Below, one piece after another: positions 1-13,400 of a stretch of 64,000 nucleotides of DNA. The notes under the pieces were generated by a model. The model ran no database searches, was not told the DNA's origin, and worked only from the letters and a program-made list of their open reading frames with translations. The number at the start of each line of letters is the position of its first letter. The stretch's first letter is position 1. Source of the stretch: Tubulanus polymorphus (taxonomy: Eukaryota; Animalia; Nemertea); NCBI RefSeq assembly GCF_964204645.1, contig NC_134031.1:12881607-12945606 (forward strand), given 5' to 3'. Both the position numbers and the translations under genes were made by a program.

Positions 1-147
1 CGACATTCGATATGCGGAAAAATTATGGGTGAAATCTGTTCAGTCTGCCGCGTATTCTTATGAAATAACCATACTCAGAGACAATTTCCCATTTCTCCCA
101 TTTCATAAGCTTCTCCACCTTCTACATCCATTTATATCTTATAAAAA

Positions 148-1438
148 TTAAAATTTAAAATATAATATTCCTACTATTACAATTCCTATACAAGTTATAG
201 CTAATTTAGTATTTCCATGTGACTTATTATCATTATTACTTTTAATTATATCATGTTGAATAATATCAGTTTTTATATTTTCTGTAGTATTGCAATCATT
301 TATTTTAGAATCATTATCCAATTTAATATTCTTAGTTTAATAGTCTATATTTAATAGTTTTAGTTTCTGTTGATTGAATATGTTTTTTAAGTTTTTCACC
401 TTCGATTAATTTTGGAGCGGTGATAGTCTTTTTATTTATATCATTTAATCCAAACTTATTATTTATTGTTGCAATTTTAATTATAATATTATAACCAACT
501 ATATTTCCCATTTTTAATATTAAATCATTTGAAATAATTAACAAATTAGGGCCTATACAATAATTTAATCTCACATGTGGTTTATCTAAATAATTTTGAT
601 ACCTTACAATGTTTTCTGGAATCGATCTATTTTTATCATTATGAATAGATCTTCAAATAAAAATTTAAATTGTTTTTGTGTATCAAATGATGTATTTAAA
701 TGTCCAATTATTGGAGATCTTGTTTCAACTTGAGCGCCTAGTATGCAAATCAAATAAGTTCTAATTTATTGATTTATTCTTTGTATACCAGCTTTTGTAA
801 AACCTTCACTATTTTCTAAAATAAAATAAACCCAACCATTATTGTTTTCTTGTTTTAAATTATCATAGAATTTCGGTAATTTATTAAAATTTAATGTTTC
901 TAAATCCTTAGTTTCTATTTTACCATAACCTAATTTATCATTATAGATATTGTAAAAACTATTAGATGGTATGGGAAGTGTGCAATATTGTAAAATAATT
1001 TCAGGACAAGGAAGTGATCGTATTGTTCCAAGTTTTGTTCTAAAATCAAAATTATTTATATCTATATTAAATTCATTACAAATTTTATAAAACTCTGATA
1101 AATTAATATTATTATCTAATTTTTTAAAATACCTAGATCCTGGTAAAGGGGTATTTAATTCATTTAATATTAATCTTATTTGAAAATAAGTATGAAATCT
1201 AAATAAACTTTGAATTAACTTATATTTTGAATTATTCAAATGATCATTCCAACTAATTCCACATTCTGCTGTTGCACAATAAACTGCAAAATTTAATTGG
1301 TTCTGCCAATACTTAATATTAGATTTTAATAACCATTGTTTTTCATCTTTCAATTTTTAAAAACTAATTAAATATACATGAAATATATTTTCCATCTTTG
1401 CATTAAAATTATTAGTTTCAGTAACATAAATATCTAAT
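148..1438 (-). pseudogene. Disrupted homolog of the conserved 462-codon Polinton gene at 37634-39022
   Basis: ORF pieces 766-1353 (WQNQLNFAVYCAT) and 332-574 (RLNYCIGPNLLIIS) are nearly identical to the full-element gene. It has stops and frameshifts, and the 5' end is deleted. Confidence 0.9.
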
Positions 1439-1542
1439 TATTACATGATTAATGTTAATTTCATTTCTTTCTCACGTTTAAAATCAAATCCAAAACATAT
1501 ACTCGGTCCAACAGTTATATTCATTTATATAATGAAAACAAA

Positions 1543-2263
1543 TATTCTTTACATCTTATAACTAATTCATAAATTACAGGAAAATTATTTAAATCAATTA
1601 AGTACCCATTATGATTTCTTATTTCTAACTTAAAATTATTAAATTTTGGAATACAAGGTTTGAAATCACACTCAGCTAAATTATTATTTATTTGTGTTCC
1701 AAATTGTTTAACATTTTTTAATGGTAAAATATTTGATATACTAGAATTACAAGTTGTATCTTTAGTTGCTTCGAATGTTTTTGTAGGTTCAATTAAATTG
1801 CAATAAATATAAAAATGTGTAAAAGGTATTATATTAGCTATACTATCAACATTTGAATAAAGTTTATTTGGTGTAATTCCTGAATTTTAGCTACTGGTTT
1901 TCTCACTATAAATTTATGCTGTTCTTCATTAGCTAACTTTATTCTTAATTTATTATTATTATCACTTTAAAAAAATTCAATTCCAAATCCAGCAGCTGCG
2001 CTCATTTTTGTTTTAGCTTTTCTATCAATTTCTTGCGCTAAAGTCTCTAAATTATATAATCTCCTTACATGAATCATAAAAGAATCATGATCAAGACTTT
2101 TATCCGATACAATATAAAAAGAATTACATAAACTTACATTTACTAATTTTAAATCTACACAATTTTTAAATTCTCTATCTAATTGTACTAGTTAATTATG
2201 AGATTTATAATATGTAAGTCTTCTTGAATCAACAAATATTCTATATTCTTTTAATTCTACCAT
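1543..2263 (-). pseudogene. Disrupted minor capsid (penton-like) gene
   Basis: Starts TAAATG-GTAGAATTAAAAGAATAT (MVELKEY), as at 35371, and ends FPVIYELVIRCKE. Frameshifted internally. Confidence 0.85.
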
Positions 2264-2277
2264 TTATTTTACATATT

Positions 2278-2608
2278 TTATTCAAAATCTATTTCGTGGT
2301 GCCCTTTTCCATTCTTACCTTTACATATGAAATAGAAATCACATGAACATAATTCTTCTAAATCTATCTGGTAAATATGTTCTGAATTTAAATCTATTTC
2401 CTTTTAATCCTTCATATTCTAAGTGGATAACTAATTTATCTCCATATTTGTTAGGAACTGTATCAATATTTGTAATTAGATATTTCTTATGAATTGTTAG
2501 TTCATTTAATTTTTTAAATTTATAATCTACTGATTTAGCATTTGTGATATCTTTAATTCTATCTAGAAATGATTTGTTGTTCTCACTGTTTGCTTGTTTA
2601 CTCTCCAT
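2278..2608 (-). pseudogene. Small protein homologous to the right-terminal gene 45717-46043 (possibly an OB-fold nucleic-acid-binding protein), frameshifted
   Basis: KKL..L...KYGDKL..L.Y...F..YLPDRF; after a frameshift it continues FICKGKNGKGHHEIDFE*, versus IYHGKNEDGHHDLEIVD* in the 45717 gene. The fold is inferred. Confidence 0.7.
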
Positions 2609-2644
2609 TTATTATACATATTTTTATTAAAATTGAATCAAAGC

Positions 2645-2860
2645 CGATTAACATGTTAGAATCCTTTTCATAATCTCATTCTCTTTTGTTTCTTCTCTTT
2701 TAAATTTTAAGTATTCATCTAAATTTCAACCATAAGCGACTCTATGAATTCCATCATCTAAAATATATCTTTTATCGTCAAATGGGTTTAGACTTATCTT
2801 CTCTATCTCTTCAATAAACATCTCGTGATCTTCAGATCTGAAACATTTCATCTTACGTTT
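2645..2860 (-). pseudogene. Second, diverged copy of the polB 3' end
   Basis: Direct-repeat similarity to ~3088-3300. Encodes KMKCFRSEDHEMFIEEIEKISLNPFDDKRYILDDGIH. Confidence 0.85.
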
Positions 2861-3079
2861 AGATATTGCTTGGTATATAGTTTAATACAAGTTTTGCAGC
2901 AATATTGTAATCTTACGCTTACTAAATTCTGTTATAGCTAATTTATCTAATTCACATTTAGAACATTTCTTGTAGTATATATTTATAACACCAGTGTTAT
3001 TTCTAATATTGATAGTTTGTGATTGTTCTGGCTCCATTTATTATACATATCTTTACTAAATTATATACTCATATTTTTA

Positions 3080-4417
3080 CTAAAATTTGATTAACACGCT
3101 AGAATCCTTTTTAAAATGCCATTCTCTTTTTTTTCTTTTAAATCTTAAGTATTCATCTAAATTGCAACCATACGCGACTGTATGAATTCCGTCATCTAAA
3201 ATATATCTTTTCTCGTCAAATGGGTTCAAACTAACCTTTTCTATCTCTTCAATAAACATTTCATGATCTTCAGAACTTAAAAATTTCATCTTATGTTTTC
3301 TAACTTCTTCATTGAATATACAATTGATGTAATCTTTGAAATGGATATTCTTTTCTACTACACTTTTAGTAATTCCTTTCAATTTCTTTGATTCATGAGT
3401 TTTGGTTTTATAACTATACATTTTAGATCGAATTCCAATGAACTCTATCATTTCTTCACCTCCTAATTCATCTTTGAATTTACCGGGCACCTTTTCATTA
3501 TCGTTGCTAAAAAATTCATGAGTTTTAGGATAATTACTGAAATCAAAATGATGTTTTAATGTTTTTAAATCATCTGTTATGTTATTAGTTTTTATCTTTA
3601 ATATGTAACTGTCAGTATCAAAATATAAGATTTCTATATGCTTTTCTCCAAAATGAGTTTGTAATACGTTATAGTAAAATTCATACATCAATAATTTTGA
3701 TATTTCTAAAACTGCAGCTCCAACATAGATTGGTTTATTAAACTTCATAGAAGTTCTTCTCATTTTAACTGCAGCTAAATTTTCATCAAATATTCTGTTA
3801 CCTTTAAACTTGGGATATGTTTGTAAATGTCTAATTCTTTTACCATTACTAACTAACTAATTATATCATTTCTATTTCTAATATTCTCACAAGTCTTACC
3901 ATAAAATGCATTGTTCATTAACTTGAAGAAATCTTTTTCGAAATCAGTTTTAGCTTTAGTTCTCTGTTTGGTGTTAAAATCTATATATTTTTCTAACCAT
4001 TTAGATTGTCTGAATGAAATATATCTGTGTACTTTTTTAGAAACATTCCTTGATTCAAATAAAACTTCAACATTCTATAATGTACTACATAATTATATCT
4101 ATTTTCCTGAGTTACCATTGACTTTTCAGTATCAATATGATTTGCGGGTTTAATTCTTTTTTGATAATTTGATAACTCTTCATGTGTTACAGTTTTATGT
4201 TCGGGACAGTATGCTAGATTTCTAGATTTAAATCTTTTTATCTTCAGGGTATTCTAAATCTACAACAAAGAAGTATCCAGTAACTGAATCATCCGCAATA
4301 TCTAGAATTATTTGCTTCCAATCAAATTTATCATTATTTTCATACTTCAGTTATTTCAAATACTCCATAAGGCTGAGGTTCCACCATTGCCCAACCATAT
4401 AGATTATATGCATCTAT
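3080..4417 (-). pseudogene. polB: Protein-primed PolB, C-terminal half, intein-free allele
   Basis: Motif A remnant at ~4385-4417, motif B KLMNNAFYGKT near 3890-3925, uninterrupted motif C YFDTDS (3608-3625), then PGKFKDE and KSVV...NPFD. Frameshifts and stops upstream of 3763. Confidence 0.93.
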
Positions 4418-7400
4418 CGAAAAACGACAATGTCGATGCGTAAAATCGCTCAAATCGTCAGGAAAAGCACTTTTCGACCCGAAAACGTCGTTCAGCGCTA
4501 GAAAAGACGTTTTCGTATCAAATATTCCCCCCTATGGGAAAAACGACAATGTCGATGCGTAAAAGCGCTCAAATCGTCAGGAAAAGCACTTTTCGACCCG
4601 AAAACGTCGTTCAGCGCGAGAAAAGACGTTTTCCTATCAAATATTTCCCCTATCGGAAAAACGACAATGTCGATGCGTAAAAGCGCTAAAATCATCAGGA
4701 AAAGAACTTTTCGACCCGAAAACGTCGTTCAGCGCGAGAATAGACGTTTTCTTATCAAATTTTCCCCCTGTCGGAAAAATGACAATATCGATGCGTAAAA
4801 GCGCTCAAATCGTCAGGAAAAGCACTTTTCGACCCGAAAACGTCGTTCAGCGCGAGAAAAGACGTTTTCGTATCAAATATTCCCCCTATGGGAAAAACGA
4901 CAATGTCGATGCGTAAAATCGCTCAAATCGTCAGGAAAAGCACTTTTCGACCCGAAAACGTCGTTCAGCGCTAGAAAAGACGTTTTCGTATCAAATATTC
5001 CCCCCTATGGGAAAAACGACAATGTCGATGCGTAAAAGCGCTCAAATCGTCAGGAAAAGCACTTTTCGACCCGAAAACGTCGTTCAGCGCGAGAAAAGAC
5101 GTTTTCGTATCAAATATTCCCCCTATCGGAAAAACGACAATGTCGATGCGTAAAAGCGCTAAAATCATCAGGAAAAGAACTTTTCGACCCGAAAACGTCG
5201 TTCAGCGCGAGAATAGACGTTTTCTTATCAAATTTTCCCCCTGTCGGAAAAATGACAATATCGATGCGTAAAAGCGCTCAAATCGTCAGGAAAAGCACTT
5301 TTCGACCCGAAAACGTCGTTCAGCGCGAGAAAAGACGTTTTCGTATCAAATATTCCCCCTATAGGAAAAACGACAATGTCGATGCGTAAAAGCGCTCAAA
5401 TCGTCAGCAAAAGCCCTTTTCGGCCCGAAAACGTCGTTCAGCGCGAGAAAAGATGTTTTCAGATCAAATATTCCCCCTATCGGAAAAACGACAATGTTGA
5501 TGCGTTAAAAGCGCTCAAATCGTCAGGAAAAGCACTTTTCGACGCGAAAACGTCGTTCAGCGCGAGAAAAGACGTTTTTGTATCAAATATTCCCTATATC
5601 GGAAAAACGACGATGTCGATGCGTAAAATCGCTCAAATCGTCAGGAAAAGCACTTTTCGACCCGAAAACGTCGTTCAGCGCTAGTAAAGACGTTTTCGTA
5701 TCAAATATTCCCCCTATCGGAAAAAACGACAATGTCGATGTGTAAAACCGCTCAAATCGTCAGGAAAAGCACTTTTCGATGCGAAAACGTCGTTCAGCGC
5801 TAGAAAAGACGTTTTCTTATCAAATATTCCCCCGTCGGAAAAATGATAATGTCGATGCGTAAAAGCGCTCAAATCGTCAGGAAAAGCACTTTTCGACCCG
5901 AAAACGTCGTTCAGCGCGAGAAAAGACGTTTTCCTATCAAATATTCCCCCTATCGGAAAAACGACTATGTCGATGCGTAAAAGCGTTCAAATCGTAAGGA
6001 AAGCACTTTTCGACCCGAAAACGTCGTTCAGCGCGAGAATAGACGTTTTCTTATCAAATTTTCCCCCTGTCGGAAAAATGACAATATCGATGCGTAAAAG
6101 CGGTCAAATCGTCAGGAAAAGCACTTTTCGACCCGAAAACGTCGTTCAGCGCGAGAAAAGACGTTTTCGTATCAAATATTCCCCCTATAGGAAAAACGAC
6201 AATGTCGATGCGTAAAAGCGCTCAAATCGTCAGCAAAAGCACTTTTCGGCCCGAAAACGTCGTTCAGCGCGAGAAAGATGTTTTCGGATCAAATATTCCC
6301 CCTATGGGAAAAACGACAATGTTGATGCGTAAAAGCGCTCAAATCGTCAGCAAAAGCACTTTTCGACGCGAAAACGTCGTTCAGCGCGAGAAAAGACGTT
6401 TTTGTATCAAATATTCCCTATATCGGAAAAACGACAATGTCGATGCGTAAAATCGCTCAAATCGTCAGGAAAAGCACTTATCGACCCGAAAACGTCGTTC
6501 AGCGCTAGAAAAGACGTTTTCGTATCAAATATTCCCCCTATCGGAAAAACGACAATGTCGATGTGTAAAAGCGCCAAATCGTCAGGAAAAGCACTTTTCG
6601 ATGCGAAAACGTCGTTCAGCGCTAGAAAAGACGTTTTCTTATCAAATATTCCACCGTCGGAAAAATGATAATGTCGATGCGTAAAAGCGCTCAAATCGTC
6701 AGGAAAAGCACTTTTCGACCCGTAAACGTCGTTCAGCGCGAGAAAAGACGTTTTCTTATCAAATTTTCCCCCGTCGAAAAATGACAATGTCGATGCGTAA
6801 AAGCGTTTAAATCGTCAGGAAAAGCACTTTTCGACCCGAAAACGTCGTTCAGCGCGAGAAAAGACGTTTTCTTATCAAATTTTTCCCCTGTCGGAAAAAC
6901 GACAATATCGATGCGTAAAAGCGCTCAAATCGTCAGGAAGAGCACTTTTCGACCCGAAAACGTCGTTCAACGCGAGAAAAGACGTTTTCGTATCAAATAT
7001 TCCCCCTATGGGAAAAACGAAAATGTCGATGCGTAAAAGCGCTCAAATCGTCAGGAAAAGCACTTTTCGACCCGAAAACGTCGTTCAGCGCGAGAAAAGA
7101 CGTTTTCGTATCAAATATTCCCCCTATAGGAAAAACGACAATGTTGATGCGTAAAAGCGCTCAAATCGTCAGGAAAAGCACTTTTCGACGCGAAAACGCC
7201 GTTCAGCGGGAGAAAATACGTTTTCGTATCAAATATTCCCCATATCGGAAAAACGACAATGTCGATGCGTAAAAGCGCTCAAATCGTCAGGAAGAGCACT
7301 TTTCGACGCGAAAACGTCGTTCAGCGCGAGAAAAGACGTTTTCGTATCAAATATTCCCCCTATCGGAAAAACGACAATGTCGATGCGTAAAAGCGCTAAA

Positions 7401-10400
7401 ATCATCAGGAAAAGAACTTTTCGACCCGAAAACGTCGTTCAGCGCAAGAAAAGACGTTTTCGTTTCAAATATTCCCCCTATCGGAAAAACGACAATGTCG
7501 ATGCGTAAAAGCGCTCAAATCGTCAGGAAAAGCACTTTTCGACGCGAAAACGACGTCGTTCAGCGCGAGAAAAGACGTTTTCGTATCAAATATTCCCCCT
7601 ATCGGAAAAACGACAATGTCGATGCGTAAAAGCGCTAAAATCATCAGGAAAAGAACTTTTCGACCCGAAAACGTCGTTCAGCGCGAGAATAGACGTTTTC
7701 TTATCAAATTTTCCCCCTGTCGGAAAAATGACAATATCGATGCGTAAAAGCGCTCAAATCGTCAGGAAAAGCACTTTTCGACCCGAAAACGTCGTTCAGC
7801 GCGAGAAAAGACGTTTTCGTATCAAATATTCCCCCTATAGGAAAAACGACAATGTCGATGCGTAAAAGCGCTCAAATCGTCAGGAAAAGCACTTTTCGAC
7901 CCGAAAACGTCGTTCAGCGCGAGAAAAGACGTTTTCGTATCAAATATTGCCCCTATGGGAAAAACGACAATGTCGATGCGTAAAAGCGCTCAAATCGTCA
8001 GGAAAAGCACTTTTCGACCCGTCAACGTCGTTCAGCGCGAGAAAAGACGTTTTCTTATCAAATTTTTCCCCTGTCGGAAAAATGATAATGTCGATGCGTA
8101 AAAGCGCTCAAATCGTCAGGAAAAGCACTTTTCGACCCGAAAACGTCGTTCAGCGCGAGAAAAGACGTTTTCGTATCAAATATTCCCCCTATAGGAAAAA
8201 CGACAATGTCGATGCGTAAAAGCGCTCAAATCGTCAGGAAAAGCACTTTTCGACCCAAAAACATCGTTCAGCGCGAGAAAAGACGTTTTCGTATCAAATA
8301 TTCCCCCTATAGGAAAAACGACAATGTTGATGCGTAAAAGCGCTCAAATCGTCAGGAAAAGCACTTTTCGACGCGAAAACGCCGTTCAGCGCGAGAAAAT
8401 ACGTTTTCGTATCAAATATTCCCCATATCGGAAAAACGACAATGTCGATGCGTAAAAGCGCTCAAATCGTCAGGAAGAGCACTTTTCGACGCGAAAACGT
8501 CGTTCAGCGCGAGAAAAGACGTTTTCGTATCAAATATTCCCCCTATCGGAAAAAACGACAATGTCGATGCGTAAAAGCGCTAAAATCATCAGGAAAAGAA
8601 CTTTTCGACCCGAAAACGTCGTTCAGCGCAAGAAAAGACGTTTTCGTTTCAAATATTCCCCCTATCGGAAAAACGACAATGTCGATGCGTAAAAGCGCTC
8701 AAATCGTCAGGAAAAGCACTTTTCGACGCAAAAACGACGTCGTTCAGCGCGAGAAAAGACGTTTTCGTATCAAATATTCCCCCTATCGGAAAAACGACAA
8801 TGTCGATGCGTAAAAGCGCTAAAATCATCAGGAAAAGAACTTTTCGACCCGAAAACGTCGTTCAGCGCGAGAATAGACGTTTTCTTATCAAATTTTCCCC
8901 CTGTCGGAAAAATGACAATATCGATGCGTAAAAGCGCTCAAATCGTCAGGAAAAGCACTTTTCGACCCGAAAACGTCGTTCAGCGCGAGAAAAGACGTTT
9001 TCGTATCAAATATTCCCCCTATCAGAAAAACGACAATGTCGATGCGTCAAAGAGCTCAAAGCGTCAGCAAAAGCACTTTTCGATGCGAAAACGTCGTTCA
9101 GCGCTAGAAAAGACGTTTTCGAATCAAATTTTCCCCCGTCGGAAAAATGACAATGTCGATGCGTAAAAGGGCTCAAATCGTCAGGAAAAGCACTTTTCGA
9201 CGCGAAAACGTCGTTCAGCGCTAGAAAAGACGATTTCGTATCAAATATTCCCCCTATGGGAAAAACGACAATGTCGATGCGTAAAGCGCTCAAATCGTCA
9301 GGAAAAGCACTATTCGACCCGAAAACGTCGTTCAGCGCGAGAAAAGACGTTTTCGTTTCAAATATTCCCCCTTTCGGAAAAACGACAATGTCGATGCGTA
9401 AAAGCGCTCAAATCGTCAGGAAAAGCACTTTTCGACGCGAAAACGTCGTTCATCGCGAGAAAAGACGTTTTCGTATCAAATATTCCCCTATGGGAAAAAC
9501 GACAATGTCGATGCGTAAAAGCGCTCAAATCGTCAGGAAAAGCACTTTTCGACCCGAAAACTTCGTTCAGCGCTAGAAAAGACGTTTTCGTTTCAAATAT
9601 TCCCCCTGTCGGAAAAACGACAATGTCGATGCGTAAAAGCGCTCAAATCGACAGGAAAAGCACTTTTCGACCCGAAAACGTCGTTCAGCGCTAGAAAAGA
9701 CGTTTTCGTTTCAAATATTCCCCCTCTCGGAAAAACGACAATGTCGATGCGTAAAAGCGCTCAAATCGTCAGGAAAAGCACTTTTCGACGCGAAAACGTC
9801 GTTCAGCGCGAGAAAAGACGTTTTCGTATCAAATATTCCCCCTATGGGAAAAACGACAATGTCGATGCGTAAAAGTGCTCAAATCGTCAGGAAAAGCACT
9901 TTTCGACCCGAAAACGTCGTTCAGCGCAAGAAAAGACGTTTTCGTATCAAATATTCCCCCCATTGGGAAAAACGACAAATTCGATGCGTAAAAGCGCTCA
10001 AATCGTCAGGAAAAGCACTTTTCAAACCGTAAACGTCGTTCAGCGCGAGAAAAGACGTTTTCTTATCAAATGTTCCCCTCGGAAAAATGATAATGTCGAT
10101 GCGTAAAAGCGCTCAAATTGTCAGGAAAAGCACTTTTCGACCCGAAAACGTCGTTCAGCGAGAGAAAAGACATTTTCTTATCAAATTTTTCCCCTGTCGG
10201 AAAAATGATAATGTCGATGCGTAAAAGCGCTCAAATTGTCAGGAAAAGCACTTTTCGACCCGTAAACGTCGTTCAGCGCGAGAAAAGACGTTTTCGGATC
10301 AAATATTCCCCCTATCGGAAAAACGACAATGTCGATGCGTCAAAGAGCTCAAAGCGTCAGCAAAAGCACTTTTCGATGCGAAAACGTCGTTCAGCGCTAG

Positions 10401-13400
10401 AAAAGACGTTTTCGAATCAAATTTTCCCCCGTCGGAAAAATGACAATGTCGATGCGTAAAAGGGCTCAAATCGTCAGGAAAAGCACTTTTCGAACCGAAA
10501 ACGTCGTTCAGCGCGAGAAAAGAAGTTTTCGTATTAAATATTCCCCCTATGGGAAAAACGACAATGTCGATGCGTAAAAGCGCTCAAATCGTCAGGAAAA
10601 GCACTTTTCGACCCGAAAACGTCGTTCAGCGCGAGAAAAGACGTTTTCCTATCAAATATTCCCCCTATCGGAAAAACGACAATGTCGATGCGTAAAAGCG
10701 CTCAAATCGTCAGGAAAAGCACTTTTCGACCCGTCAACGTCGTTCAGCGCGAGAAAAGACGTTTTCTTATCAAATTTTTCCCCTGTCGGAAAAATGATAA
10801 TGTCGAAGCGTAAAAGCGCTCAAATCGTCAGGAAAAGCACTTTTCGACCCGAAAACGTCGTTCAGCGCGAGAAAAGACGTTTTCGTATCAAATATTCCCC
10901 CTATAGGAAAAACGACAATGTCGATGCGTAAAAGCGCTCAAATCGTCAGCAAAAGCACTTTTCGGCCCGAAAACGTCGTTCAGCGCGAGAAAGATGTTTT
11001 CGGATCAAATATTCCCCCTATGGGAAAAACGACAATGTTGATGCGTAAAAGCGCTCAAATCGTCAGGAAAAGCACTTTTCGACGCGAAAACGTCGTTCAG
11101 CGCGAGAAAAGACGTTTTTGTATCAAATATTCCCTATATCGGAAAAACGACAATGTCGATGCGTAAAATCGCTCAAATCGTCAGGAAAAGCACTTATCGA
11201 CCCGAAAACGTCGTTCAGCGCTAGAAAAGACGTTTTCGTATCAAATATTCCCCCTATCGGAAAAACGACAATGTCGATGTGTAAAAGCGCCAAATCGTCA
11301 GGAAAAGCACTTTTCGATGCGAAAACGTCGTTCAGCGCTAGAAAAGACGTTTTCTTATCAAATATTCCCCCGTCGGAAAAATGATAATGTCGATGCGTAA
11401 AAGCGCTCAAATCGTCAGGAAAAGCACTTTTCGACCCGTAAACGTCGTTCAGCGCGAGAAAAGACGTTTTCTTATCAAATTTTCCCCCGTCGAAAAATGA
11501 CAATGTCGATGCGTAAAAGCGTTTAAATCGTCAGGAAAAGCACTTTTCGACCCGAAAACGTCGTTCAGCGCGAGAAAAGACGTTTTCTTATCAAATTTTT
11601 CCCCTGTCGGAAAAACGACAATATCGATGCGTAAAAGCGCTCAAATCGTCAGGAAGAGCACTTTTCGACCCGAAAACGTCGTTCAACGCGAGAAAAGACG
11701 TTTTCGTATCAAATATTCCCCCTATGGGAAAAACGAAAATGTCGATGCGTAAAAGCGCTCAAATCGTCAGGAAAAGCACTTTTCGACCCGAAAACGTCGT
11801 TCAGCGCGAGAAAAGACGTTTTCGTATCAAATATTCCCCCCATAGGAAAAACGACAATGTTGATGCGTAAAAGCGCTCAAATCGTCAGGAAAAGCACTTT
11901 TCGACGCGAAAACGCCGTTCAGCGGGAGAAAATACGTTTTCGTATCAAATATTCCCCATATCGGAAAAACGACAATGTCGATGCGTAAAAGCGCTAAAAT
12001 CATCAGGAAAAGAACTTTTCGACCCGAAAACGTCGTTCAGCGCAAGAAAAGACGTTTTCGTTTCAAATATATCCCCTATCGGAAAAACGACAATGTCGAT
12101 GCGTAAAAGCGCTCAAATCGTCAGGAAAAGTACTTTTCGACGCGAAAACGACGTCGTTCAGCGCGAGAAAAGACGTTTTCGTATCAAATATTCCCCCTAT
12201 CGGAAAAACGACAATGTCGATGCGTAAAAGCGCTAAAATCATCAGGAAAAGAACTTTTCGACCCGAAAACGTCGTTCAGCGCGAGAATAGACGTTTTCTT
12301 ATCAAATTTTCCCCCTGTCGGAAAAATGACAATATCGATGCGTAAAAGCGCTCAAATCGTCAGGAAAAGCACTTTTCGACCCGAAAACGTCGTTCAGCGC
12401 GAGAAAAGACGTTTTCGTATCAAATATTCCCCCTATAGGAAAAACGACAATGTCGATGCGTAAAAGCGCTCAAATCGTCAGGAAAAGCACTTTTCGACCC
12501 GAAAACGTCGTTCAGCGCGAGAAAAGACGTTTTCGTATCAAATATTGCCCCTATGGGAAAAACGACAATGTCGATGCGTAAAAGCGCTCAAATCGTCAGG
12601 AAAAGCACTTTTCGACCCGTCAACGTCGTTCAGCGCGAGAAAAGACGTTTTCTTATCAAATTTTTCCCCTGTCGGAAAAATGATAATGTCGATGCGTAAA
12701 AGCGCTCAAATCGTCAGGAAAAGCACTTTTCGACCCGAAAACGTCGTTCAGCGCGAGAAAAGACGTTTTCGTATCAAATATTCCCCCTATAGGAAAAACG
12801 ACAATGTCGATGCGTAAAAGCGCTCAAATCGTCAGGAAAAGCACTTTTCGACCCAAAAACGTCGTTCAGCGCGAGAAAAGACGTTTTCGTATCAAATATT
12901 CCCCCTATAGGAAAAACGACAATGTTGATGCGTAAAAGCGCTCAAATCGTCAGGAAAAGCACTTTTCGACGCGAAAACGCCGTTCAGCGCGAGAAAATAC
13001 GTTTTCGTATCAAATATTCCCCATATCGGAAAAACGACAATGTCGATGCGTAAAAGCGCTCAAATCGTCAGGAAGAGCACTTTTCGACGCGAAAACGTCG
13101 TTCAGCGCGAGAAAAGACGTTTTCGTATCAAATATTCCCCCTATCGGAAAAAACGACAATGTCGATGCGTAAAAGCGCTAAAATCATCAGGAAAAGAACT
13201 TTTCGACCCGAAAACGTCGTTCAGCGCAAGAAAAGACGTTTTCGTTTCAAATATTCCCCCTATCGGAAAAACGACAATGTCGATGCGTAAAAGCGCTCAA
13301 ATCGTCAGGAAAAGCACTTTTCGACGCAAAAACGACGTCGTTCAGCGCGAGAAAAGACGTTTTCGTATCAAATATTCCCCCTATCGGAAAAACGACAATG

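Larger units (their letters stand above)
84..4417 (-). mobile_element. Degenerate, internally deleted and rearranged fragment of a related Polinton (no TIR or TSD visible)
   Basis: Minus-strand homology to genes of the 28847-46128 element: polB 3' half, penton, start of the 114-aa ORF, the 462-codon gene, and the start of the 39039 gene (MDVEGGEAYEMGEMGN at 131-84). It carries multiple stops and frameshifts and is cut inside polB motif A (IDAYNLYGWAM) at the satellite junction. Confidence 0.93.

Noticed and set aside
1-83. Sequence left of the relic
   Set aside because: Too short to classify; no similarity to the TIR or satellite was recognised.
4460-4490. CENP-B box in the satellite
   Set aside because: TTCGACCCGAAAACG does not fit the TTCGNNNNANNCGGG core.
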